From Podarcis liolepis (Eukaryota), in assembly GCA_965112155.1 (NCBI GenBank), contig OZ218105.1: a DNA stretch of 64,000 bases, one strand, 5' to 3'. Of the stretch, positions 13,182-23,359 are shown piece after piece. The notes below the pieces were generated by a model. It was not told the DNA's origin. It ran no database searches and saw only the letters and a program-made list of their open reading frames with translations. Position 1 is the stretch's first letter. Each line of letters starts with the position of its first letter. Position numbers and translations under genes: made by a program.

Positions 13182-13412
13182 GGGAGCCAGTGTGGTGTAG
13201 TGGTTAAGAGCGGTTGTCTCGTAATCTGGGGAACCGGGTTCGCGTCTCCTCCACATGCAGCTGCTGGGTGGCCTTGGGCTAGTCACACTTCTCTGAAGTC
13301 TCTCAGCCCCACTCACCTCACAGAGTGTTTGTTGTGGGGGAGGAAGGGAAAGGAGAATGTTAGCCGCTTTGAGACTCCTTAAAGGGAGTGAAAGGCGGGA
13401 TATCAAATCCAA

Positions 13413-13449
<37 letters not shown>

Positions 13450-13483
13450 TTCTTCTTCTTCTTCTTCTTCTTCTTCTTCTTCT
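13182..13483 (+). mobile_element. Young tRNA-derived SINE (Squam3-like) with (TAC)n(TTC)n tail
   Basis: GGAGCCAGTGTGGTGTAGTGGTTAAGAGCGG head with A box; B box partly deleted. Near-identical to the reverse complement of 40257-40510. Microsatellite tail at 13414-13483. Confidence 0.85.
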
Positions 13484-15516
13484 GTTCTTCTCCTTTTTAT
13501 ACAGTTCTTAAACCTTGGATTCCATATATGGTGTTCTACCTTAAATCCAGTATCCCACTGGCTCTTCAACAGTCCCCCCCAGTCACAGGTGATTTTGGCC
13601 AACTCCCTAGAGGTCTGGTGCATAGACTCTCCCTGAGTAAAATGTTCTAGCACTACTTTCTGATTCTCTCTCACACAGTGGCGGGCCCGACAACCTACTG
13701 AGCCCTTCCCCAAGATCATTCTGCCCCCCATTCTACACTCCCCCTGGGCTCTACCAGCACCTTTCATTATGATAACCCCAAACAACAGCTGGAGGTTGAC
13801 CTGCCTGTTATTTGTATGCACAAGGCCCAAATAGTCCTCAAAATTCTGATGCCAATGTAAAGTGATAAACTACAGAGTCCTCCTAAAACTCACAGCTCTT
13901 GCACATGGCATTTATTTAGACTTTGTAACTCAGATCCTCCAGTTTGAATCACATTATAATGTACCCCCATCTTTCCTTCTTCTATCTTAGGGCCCCGGGG
14001 AGGCTGGGTTGATATTAAGGGCAGTTAGTGATGAAACATAGGCTATGTCTTGAAGAGCAGAGTCACAACAAGGCAACTCTGATAATCCAGTCAAATCCCA
14101 ATAAAGACAGCAGGGTGGGAGGCATTGTCAGCACCTTGGAGAGTTCACAGCAGTTATCAGTAGATTTCAGTCATGGAAAGTTGTCACCTGGGTAGCAGGA
14201 TGATGCTCTCTGGGGCCTTCTGGTTGGCCTGAACATCCTATTAGCCCCACCCCTTCTGAGGACCACTCTGACTTTGTGTGTGTGTGTGTGTTTGGAAAGG
14301 CCATCACCCTATTCTGTAACTGCTGTCTCCTGTCATGGGGAGGTGGTTAGCAATGAATTGGACGGGGGTCATCTAAGCTGGAAGTGATGGATTCCCTCTC
14401 CCTCCATGTTTGCCTCTCAACCCCATGGAGGACAGTGGCTAGTCACCATTCCACTGAGGTATTTCCTCAAAAGTTCTTTAACTGACAAGGATCATAATAA
14501 GACAATATTTGTGTAGCCAGTAGCTTTTGTCTTTCTGACAAGTTCCTCAGTAGCTTCATTGATCTACAGTAGCAGCTGGCTGGGTGGTTTTTCAAGGTGC
14601 TAAAAAATTGGTCTCACAGATATCTTAATGGGGGCAGGACTTTATTGGAGTTGCTAGTGATGTCACCCAGGGGACGCCATTGCTCCTTCACTTGCCGTTA
14701 CACATTACCGATCTCTGCTTCGCAGCATTTTAGGAAATAAGACTGTATCAGTCCAAATAGAAAGATGGATCTAAACATGACACAGCTAGAGAGAGTTGCT
14801 CACAAGGAAAAGTCTATGCAAAATAAATGTATTATATTGGGAAGAGTATTCCTAAATTAGCCTTATGGGTTGGTACTACAAGCATGGTGTAAGTCACACA
14901 GAAATAAAGGGAGTTCCCAGGCAGCACTTGGCTCCTCCCCAATACTTATATAAGCATCAGGAAAAATCTTGAGCAAGTCTTCCCAACTGGCTGCTCTAGT
15001 GTCTGCACACAGAGCAAGATATTGGCTGTGAAATATTTTATTGGTTTTCTTTATAAATGTAAATATTATGCCTTCAATCATAAAAGCTTCCAGGGCAGTT
15101 TGCCTGGAATCAGCACTCAAAGACAATATCCATTAAAATATAATGCACTTCGCCCAAAGATGCCATGAGTGGACTTCAGCTTGTGGAAAGACCACCCTTA
15201 GCACCTGCGATCCAAAGGGAAGGTCACCTTTTTTTGCAGCAGCCCTTCCTTCCTTCCTGAAAATATCTTCTAGAGGGCAAGGGACACTGCTGAACAGTGT
15301 GAGAGGTAGCATGGGGGAGGGTGGCTGCAGAAAGGAGGGGGTTGGCCAAAACTGCTTCCTTCCACTAGCAGAAGCCTTCACTGTATCAAATGACATTCCA
15401 TCCATGGAAGGAGTCCTTTCATAAATCAGAATGTACTTTGGGATTCAATCCAATATCTAATAATTGTGAGTTAGTTCTCTAGGAGATGGTAGAGATTTCT
15501 AGCAATATAACATTAA

Positions 15517-15722
15517 AACATAAGAAGAGCCTGCTAGATTAATGCCCCATCTACTCCAGCATCCTGTTCTCATGTTGGCCACACAGATGCCTTTGTGAAA
15601 CTCTCAAGGAGGACCTGAGTACAAGAGCAAACCACTCCTCCTGTGGTTTCCAAAAACTGGTAGTCAGAAGTATTACTGCCTCCAGTCTTGAAGGTAAAAA
15701 ATAGCCATTGAGCCTAGTAGCC
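15517..15722 (-). mobile_element. CR1-type LINE 3' end
   Basis: Reverse complement ends GCAGGCTCTTCTTATGTT, matching the plus-strand copy at 55575-55801. Confidence 0.7.
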
Positions 15723-17869
15723 AAGTATGTTTTGTTCACATAAACTTTAGAGAATAAATCTTTTATTAGCCAGATATAAGGCATGGGGCAAAAGATTTGT
15801 TGACCTGGGTAAAATAAAGCAACACACAGCTTACTGTATATGCACTGAGGTGACCATGAGAATTATTCTGCTTCTGATTTTTTTCTGTGGGTTTGAGGCT
15901 GCACCTTATAATGTTCCTGATGAGAGTTGTTAAGTGGCTTTTCAGATTGTGACTCTCTTTTGCTCCAGGAAGACCAGCTTTGTGAAACCCTTGACCTTAG
16001 TGATTTAAATCTTTATGCTCCTACTATGTCGGAAGACAGTAGGCACTCACCTCTGTAATGAATGTCAAAAAATGTTGGTTTATTTCATTGAAAATCATCA
16101 GAAAATTGAACAGCCCCAAAATGATATAATTAATGCATAAAATATACAACTGGTCACATCTCAGATGGAAGGTGGAATAAAAAAATATCCAATAGATGGG
16201 GAAAAAATCCCCCCACATTTCAATCAGACAGTCAGTAATCACTGTCTCTAAACCTAAATGGCTCTTTGGCTGCACAGTCACTCTTAATTTTCAGAACAGT
16301 CCTTCTGCTATGGCCCGATGAGCCACTGAGGTGGATTTTCTCCTACAGCCGCACATGGTCTGTTTTCTATCTCAAGCCTTTTCTATTGATATCCTTTGTG
16401 ACCTTGAAGAAATGATTCATTCCCTTTGTGTGAAAGAGGGTTTGACAGTAGGACCAGCCACCGAAGACAAAATCTATAGATAACAAGACCAGGAATGATC
16501 AGAGGGTACCATCATGCGCTCTTGTTACTCAGTCCTTTAAAGCCTGAAACTGGATGACTTCAGTGACCCAGAAACATCTCCTAATTTCTCCTAATTATCT
16601 GAAAGTATCTCTTGCTAGACAGAATGCTGGCCTAAATAAAACAATTGAAGCTGTAATCCTATGGCCATTTACCTGGGAATAGGTCCCCCTGCATTAAATG
16701 GGACTTACCTCTGAGCAGAGAAGGGACTATTGAACCCATGTCCTCTTTATGGTGTTTCTGTAGGTATCTGGTTGATGACTGCAAGATGCTTGAGTAGAGG
16801 CACTTGGGCTCCTTTAACAGACTTCTTTTTCCAAACTACAATGCTTCTTTTGCCTTTTGCTCCCAGCTGACTCTGTGTAATACTACATTATTTGGATAGA
16901 TGTTCCGTCAATGAAGTATCACAAAATTCCCTGCACTTTGCCAAAATCAAACAGGCATGTGGGAGCTATAGAATTATCCAGTTTGTCATAAACTGATGCT
17001 TCATTTATGGTCAATCCTTAGGCATCAGGCTCACCTTTTGCAGGCCTGGCTGAGCTCACTGTGGATCATGAGGCTGTTGCACGAAGGACACTGAAATGGA
17101 CCACTTCCTTGTCCATCTTTCAAGAACAGTCTGGGCATTTTGACAGCAGCTGTTTTCATCTGAGATTCTCAAAGCAATTTACACCCCGTGATTAAATCTC
17201 ACAGACCATGTTACTAAAGTTCCTAAAGGCACTATGATATATCCTAAGGCAAAGAATGTGGGAAAAATAATTAAAAGGGGGGGGGGGAGTCGTGTCTTCC
17301 AATCTTCTCCCTTAACCAATAGGTTGAATTAAAAGCTCCATCAAGGCTTCAAGGACTTCAGAAGGGTAAAGAATGATAAAGTAATTCAAGAAAAAAATCG
17401 AGATGAATTTAGCTCTGTAGTATTCACAATATAGCTCTTGACTCCATAATGGAAACCATGGATCTAGCCTGATATTCTTTTCCCATATCTTCCCAGACCA
17501 GGAGCCTGGAATACCTAAGAAATAAAAGAATCCCCCATGTCCTGTAACAATCTTAAAGGGGGCTTAAACACACTCCGTTTACTGTCATTTTCAATGTGAC
17601 CTAGTCATAACCAATGTTAGTTGGACTGGAGCCAATAGGTAGGTGCTAAGTGTGTGTGCACTGATAATATCTGAACCTGTGTATCTTCTGGAATCATTCT
17701 GACCCATTTCTGCTTGGCTAGCCTTTTAGCCACTGGGATGGAGCAGTTACCAAGGCGGTTTAGTTGATATTTTCATTTTGCCACAACATTTTGGTGGCTG
17801 TGGTTGAGTTGCCTTAAACGTAGGCTTGCTAGCATTTATATATACCCTTAATTTAGAGCCTGCCTTTAG

Positions 17870-18013
17870 NNNNNNNNNNNNNNNNNNNNNNNNNNNNNNN
17901 NNNNNNNNNNNNNNNNNNNNNNNNNNNNNNNNNNNNNNNNNNNNNNNNNNNNNNNNNNNNNNNNNNNNNNNNNNNNNNNNNNNNNNNNNNNNNNNNNNNN
18001 NNNNNNNNNNNNN
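17870..18013. other. Assembly gap (144 N)
   Basis: Run of N. Confidence 1.
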
Positions 18014-19129
18014 CACTGATTGTATCTGAATGAGTGAGCATGCTCAGTTTTATTCTGAGATGCTTTGCGCCATCTGCTGACGTTCTGGTGTAATTGGGAG
18101 ATGCTGGAGCCTGAATTACTGCCCAGCTTGATTGTGACTTGAGGCGTTTCCTCATACTTTATATTGCCACTCTAAGTATGGGTTCCCTACTGTGTCAAGC
18201 AATTCTGCTGCACTAGACCCATAATAAAGATTTTTTAAATGTGAAAATTAGTCTTTGGTGAATAGGAATTATTTTCCTAGCTGCTGGAGACACTCAGGTA
18301 AAAGGCAGTGACATTCACATGAGTGGGTCATTGTGTTATTGTTAACACTCAGCTATTATTGCTGCACACGCAGCAGTCGGCACAGATGTTACCCACTTTT
18401 TATCATTTAAGAACAAAGAGGTAATTATATTTAACCTTTTTCTCCCCAAGAAGTCTAAACAATAAAATGTCACAATAAAGTGCTCAACAGTTAGCGATAT
18501 AAATATTTATTTAAGCAGCAGCCATAATTCACTGAATGCGAACAGGGGTGCTGCCTAATTCAAAAGCCGACTTGAGCCACTGTCAAACAACATCATTCGA
18601 GAGGCTGTTCACTCTCGCAGATTAGGGCTGAAGTGTGGCGAGTTTAACGGAAGGAGATTCCCAAAGGGCTACTTCTCGTGGCATTTGGTAAGACGTGGTT
18701 ACATTCTCAGAAAGCGCACCAAGTTGTGAAGATAAACAAAAACTTAATGCCCGAATTACATTACATATCCATTTGCCTTGGATGCAAATTGTCCATAAAT
18801 TGTTATTTTGTGTCCATCATCAAGATGGAGACATACATGTTACCTATTCCAATACCTGTGTTTTGTAAAGACACAGATGTATCTCCCAATATCATACCTG
18901 CGTCTTCCAAATTAATGACAGTTTCCCTATCAAACCTTATGACAAATACACACATGGCAACTTTGTTCCTGGATGTTGTTTTGGCACTCCAAACCAGACA
19001 ACGCCACACATCAAGAGTTCTTCCCTTGAATGTGTGTATCTCCCTATTCTTCAAGCTGGGGTCAAATCCATAGAAGTAGCTGCTACTTTTACTGCATTTG
19101 ACACCTCTCAGCTAGTTGGCAGTTGCCAC

Positions 19130-19554
19130 TATGGACTGATGAATATGCCAATTTTGGTTTCTCTTGGTTTCTCATTTTTCCAGGCCTAAATTATGTTCTC
19201 CACATTAGTTTGTGATTTAAATTTTTTTAAAAAACAAAACCCTGAAAATTCTTCAGCATTTTAGTGCAAATTTCTCCTAATATACACACATGTGTCTACA
19301 ATTTTACCTCATAGTCAAATTCTTTCAAAACAATTTCTCTAATATAATGTGTTTTGCATGCTATTTTCACTGACATATGCATTTTATAAGTACAACTTAC
19401 CCTAATATATGCAGTTTTGTGCACATTTATTGGCTGGGGAACTTCATTCCAAAATTCACAGAAGTGCAAATTTTGAAGGGTGATTGCACTTTGATCATCA
19501 GAGTGTTCTGGAAAGTGGAAAATAGGAACTGAATTCCAATTTCTCCCCATCCCT
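19130..19554 (+). mobile_element. Non-autonomous DNA transposon, probably hAT (AGGGATGG-type ends)
   Basis: About 420 bp, ending CCCCATCCCTA. Collinear with 47133-47542 (GTTTCTCATTTT.CCA, GAAAATTC, CCTAATATA repeats, GGAACT.C.TT.CAAA). Confidence 0.65.
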
Positions 19555-20850
19555 ACTCTGCAATCTAGGCAGAGTGCTTTGATATGTGCAGTTCAACATC
19601 TACCAAAGGGCCATAAAAGGCTGGGGCAGTGAATGGGAATCACATAGAAATGGAGGCATGAGCCAGTTGCTTGCTGTCCACTTGGCAACTCTATTGTGAT
19701 TTTATTGTCGGTCATGGATTGAACCTCACTTCAGGAAACAAAGAACAAGCAAGTGGCAGGGGAGTGGAGGAAGTCCCAGGACTCTCTTTGAAGCACATTC
19801 TCTGATCAGCACAGAGGAAAATGGCTAAAGCCATGCTTTGATATGGCAACGAAACAGGTAAGAGAAAACTCCAGCAGTGAAAACCTGGGGATTTGTGCAA
19901 TTTAAAATTGTTTTTAGCTTTGTTTTATCTCCACAAGAAGAGGTCCTTACATTTGTTTTGAATGAGACAGGAAAGGGGAAGTAGAAAAGCACTGGAGTCC
20001 TGTATTTCGTTTTGCTTCTAACGTATTTAACTTCTTCGTTCTGAATTTCCTCTTCAAACTTTTCAATCTGATTTCCAGCGTCTTGTGAATGCCAACAGTC
20101 AACAAGGTGAAGGGGAACTTGTATCACATTCTGTCAGTACTGTCGATCTCAGATAGAATCCCTGAAATCGTTCAATGAAAAGCAGGCTTCAGGAAGAAGG
20201 CTTTACACCATATGAAACCATTTACAGGTAGGATTAAAACAAAATCAAGATGGAGCTGAGGAAGCAGAGAGTGCTTGCCTTGTTTCCAGAAACTAGTAAG
20301 AGATGAGAACTTGAAATATTGGCAGCAAATACCCACTTTTGGTTAGATGTTTCAGTTAAGTGCAAACAAAGTAGATGGAAATCATTTCCATATTTTCAAA
20401 GGTCAAAGGATAACCTGTTAAATTAGGTTAAATGGGCACTCACTACAGTTCCCAGTCATTTGCAGGAATAGTGTGCAGGATCTGGTGAGTTTCACAGAGG
20501 AATTCCTGCCTGTATGCCTTCATACTTCTGCCACAAAATTGGCTTTGCCAACAACCTTCTGATGTCTTTAAAACTACAGTGGGCAAAGCCTTTCCTCTTT
20601 TCTAAGTATGATAGACTTGCAACTCAGTCTGACAAGTATGTACCCAGAATGTACTCAGTCTATTTCCATTCTATGTCATCTTTGCAGGTGTTGACCCAGA
20701 CATCCATCCAATTTTGGTATGAATCTGTGACTTTACCTCAAGTGTGCATGAAAAATTGCATTTATTTATTTAGTTGCTTAGAATAGTTTATATTCTGTCC
20801 CTCAGCACAAGTGATCCAAGGGCAGATCCTAACAATGTAAAAGACAGTGT

Positions 20851-20853
<3 letters not shown>

Positions 20854-20895
<42 letters not shown>
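20854..20895. repeat. (TG)n microsatellite abutting the 3' end of the L1 fragment
   Basis: Direct reading. On the minus strand it follows AATAAAA. Confidence 0.95.
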
Positions 20896-20899
<4 letters not shown>

Positions 20900-20990
20900 A
20901 TTAAAGATTTCTTGGTTTACAAAAGTATGTGCAATGTCTCCTTTTTCAAGTTACATTTTCTACAGGTCAGTTTCATTTGTTGAGACATTA

Positions 20991-21194
20991 AAGACTCTCC
21001 TCCCCGAAGGGGAGGGGAGGGGTTGTGGTCGGGGCTCGAGCTCCGGCTAGCAGGGGGCGTGGCCCCCTGCTGCCCACTCACCTGGCTGGCGCTCACGCCC
21101 CCCCGGTGGCCATCCAACCGGGGGCCACGGTGGGGGCGTGTTCAGCAGCATTTTGCTGCAGCGCCAGCCTTCGCCCGGCCTCATTCTTCCTGCC
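20991..21194 (+). repeat. Ngaro repeat A1 (truncated by the internal deletion)
   Basis: Matches 22591-22794 at offset 1600 with one difference seen (A21166 vs G22766). Confidence 0.92.
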
Positions 21195-21581
21195 CTGCTG
21201 TGTCAGTACTGGTGCGTCAGTCCAAGACCGATCAGACTGGCAAGGGTGTCCTGCCCAAGCTCACGGCGTCCGCCCAGCAGGGCCCGTGTCCGGTGAAGGA
21301 CACGAGGCGGTTTCTCCGCCTTAGACCAGCCGTCCCGGGACCGTTCCTTATACACGAGGATGGGTCGCCCCTGTTGAGGTGCCAATTCACTAGAGTAATG
21401 CGCAAGGCTATTGAGGCTTGTGGCCTACCCCCCCCATGAGTACGCTGCACATTCGTTCAGGATCGGGGCCGCCACCACGGCCGCGCATCTGGGGTTGCCG
21501 GCAGAAAGGATAAAAGAGTTGGGCCGGTGGAAATCCAATGTTTATAAGTCATATATTCGCAACCTTGCGCCTACCCCTTAG
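21195..21581 (+). pseudogene. Tyrosine recombinase, C-terminal fragment with +1 frameshift
   Basis: VLVRQSKTDQTGKG...CPV...QFTRVMRKAIEACGL. After removing one C from the C8 run at ~21428-21435 it continues HEYAAHSFRIGAATTAAHLGLPAERIKELGRWKSNVYKSYIRN*, giving the SKTDQ, HxxR, GRW and catalytic Tyr motifs of DIRS/Ngaro YRs. Confidence 0.9.
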
Positions 21582-21585
21582 TCTG

Positions 21586-21618
21586 CTTACCCTTCCTTTG
21601 TTCTATCTTTATTCCCAG
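21586..21618 (+). promoter_or_regulatory. Candidate 3' splice site upstream of the hydrolase ORF
   Basis: Branch-point-like CTTAC (21586-21590), a pyrimidine tract CCTTCCTTTGTTCTATCTTTATTCC, then CAG (21616-21618), 2 nt before ATG 21621. Confidence 0.55.
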
Positions 21619-21620
21619 CT

Positions 21621-22192
21621 ATGCCCGGAAGAAACGTGTGGATTTGCGGTCACAGCATTGTTCATTGGGCCCGCGTGCGAGCGGTTGCTGCGGCCTGGCA
21701 CCCAACCTTGGTCTGCCGCGTGATGTTCGAGTTTCCTGGTTTTCGAGAAGAGGCATGCGTTGGGAAGAACTGATGCCTTTGCTGCGGGAGAAAGTAGCCA
21801 AGCTCGGCTCTCCCGACGTCCTGGTGATTCATTTAGGGGAGAATGACCTTGTCAACAAAAGGAGTGTGGACTTGTTGTCAAGCATAAAAAGAGACTTGAA
21901 TGCATTCGCTGCCTTGTGTCCCAGAACGACAGTATTCTGGTCCTCCTTCCTGAAAAGAGCTGTGTGGCGCGGTGCGCAAAACTTGATGGCCATTGAAAGA
22001 ACCAGGAAACTCGTAAATCGGGCGGTAGCCCGTTGGGTGCGCTTTACGGATGGCCAAGTGATTTATCATGACCGTATCCGGATTAGCAACAAGGCTTTAT
22101 ACCGGGATGACGGTGTCCATCTATCGGATCTGGGGAATGATTTTGGGTTAGCTAGTGTCATTAGAAACATCTGGGATTGGTTGCAGCTTTGA
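21621..22192 (+). pseudogene. SGNH/GDSL-family hydrolase ORF of the Ngaro element (one frameshift near 21680-21690)
   Basis: ATG 21621 gives MPGRNVWICGHSIVHWA (block I nucleophile, GHS). The 21638 frame gives RRGMRW (block II Gly), VLVIHLGENDL (block III GxND) and DGVHLS (block V DxxH). Stop at 22190-22192. Confidence 0.88.
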
Positions 22193-22225
22193 GGGTATTG
22201 GCGGCGAGCCTTTAGCTCGGGTGGC

Positions 22226-22590
22226 GGTTAGGCATTGGAATAATGTGTTGCGCTGTGTGGAAGTGCTAGGTGTGGCCATCGCCTATGCCTTCAATTTTTA
22301 GGGGTATTCCGTTAAAGGAATCTGGGGGTCGTGTATTCCGTCCGATGCCTGCTTGGCGGGAGGCCTTGGCACGACCCTCGGTGACAGCAGGGGTGAGCCT
22401 ATAGTCGGATCAGCATCGACAGGCTCCACCTACTGGTGAAGAACCCAATTGTTTCGATCCAATGCCTAAGCCAATACCTTTTCAAATGCTGTAACCAATA
22501 AAGTTGTGGCCTTTCTCTAGCCCATTAACCTTATATCACGTGTCCTTGTGTCTTCATTTCACTTCACCGGGGTCGGGTCCTCGAACCACA
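22226..22590 (+). repeat. Ngaro repeat B1 (AATAAA at 22497-22502)
   Basis: 365 bp, identical by my reading to 22995-23359 (offset 769). Confidence 0.92.
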
Positions 22591-22994
22591 AAGACTCTCC
22601 TCCCCGAAGGGGAGGGGAGGGGTTGTGGTCGGGGCTCGAGCTCCGGCTAGCAGGGGGCGTGGCCCCCTGCTGCCCACTCACCTGGCTGGCGCTCACGCCC
22701 CCCCGGTGGCCATCCAACCGGGGGCCACGGTGGGGGCGTGTTCAGCAGCATTTTGCTGCAGCGCCGGCCTTCGCCCGGCCTCATTCTTCCTGCCTTCGCC
22801 CCTCACGAGTCACCCACCCTCCACTCCCTTTAGTTAGGGCTCAGGTTTTTCGGCCTTGCTATGGACCTTAGGTTGGTCGCCCTGGTTGGCTGGGGGGCCT
22901 GGTAGGAGTTTTTCCATTTGGCACTAGGCTAATTGGTTTTTTCACCTACCTCGTAGCAATCGTCACAACTTTTTTTTTGTGGTATTGGTGGGTA
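22591..22994 (+). repeat. Ngaro repeat A2 (full length)
   Basis: First 204 bp match A1. Lies between B1 and B2. Confidence 0.88.
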
Positions 22995-23359
22995 GGTTAG
23001 GCATTGGAATAATGTGTTGCGCTGTGTGGAAGTGCTAGGTGTGGCCATCGCCTATGCCTTCAATTTTTAGGGGTATTCCGTTAAAGGAATCTGGGGGTCG
23101 TGTATTCCGTCCGATGCCTGCTTGGCGGGAGGCCTTGGCACGACCCTCGGTGACAGCAGGGGTGAGCCTATAGTCGGATCAGCATCGACAGGCTCCACCT
23201 ACTGGTGAAGAACCCAATTGTTTCGATCCAATGCCTAAGCCAATACCTTTTCAAATGCTGTAACCAATAAAGTTGTGGCCTTTCTCTAGCCCATTAACCT
23301 TATATCACGTGTCCTTGTGTCTTCATTTCACTTCACCGGGGTCGGGTCCTCGAACCACA
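22995..23359 (+). repeat. Ngaro repeat B2 (AATAAA at 23266-23271)
   Basis: Direct repeat of B1. Confidence 0.92.

Larger units (their letters stand above)
20991..23359 (+). mobile_element. Ngaro-type (DIRS order) tyrosine-recombinase retrotransposon, internally deleted
   Basis: Split direct repeats in the order A1(20991-21194)...B1(22226-22590)-A2(22591-22994)-B2(22995-23359). YR C-terminus and SGNH hydrolase lie between A1 and B1; gag, RT and RNase H are absent. GC- and CpG-rich relative to the flanks. Confidence 0.92.

Noticed and set aside
13357-13830. ORFs with poly-L/F, poly-Y/S and poly-E tracts
   Set aside because: Translations of the SINE's (TAC)n(TTC)n tail.
17747-18155. ORFs spanning X residues
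   Set aside because: Artefacts of the N gap.
22194-22240. Three-way junction considered as a hammerhead or HDV-like ribozyme
   Set aside because: No CUGANGA/GAAA core, and no HDV nested pseudoknot could be drawn by eye.
22548-22871. 107-aa ORF repeated at 21023 and partly at 23317
   Set aside because: Arises from the GC-rich A and B repeats; no gag-like or other motif.
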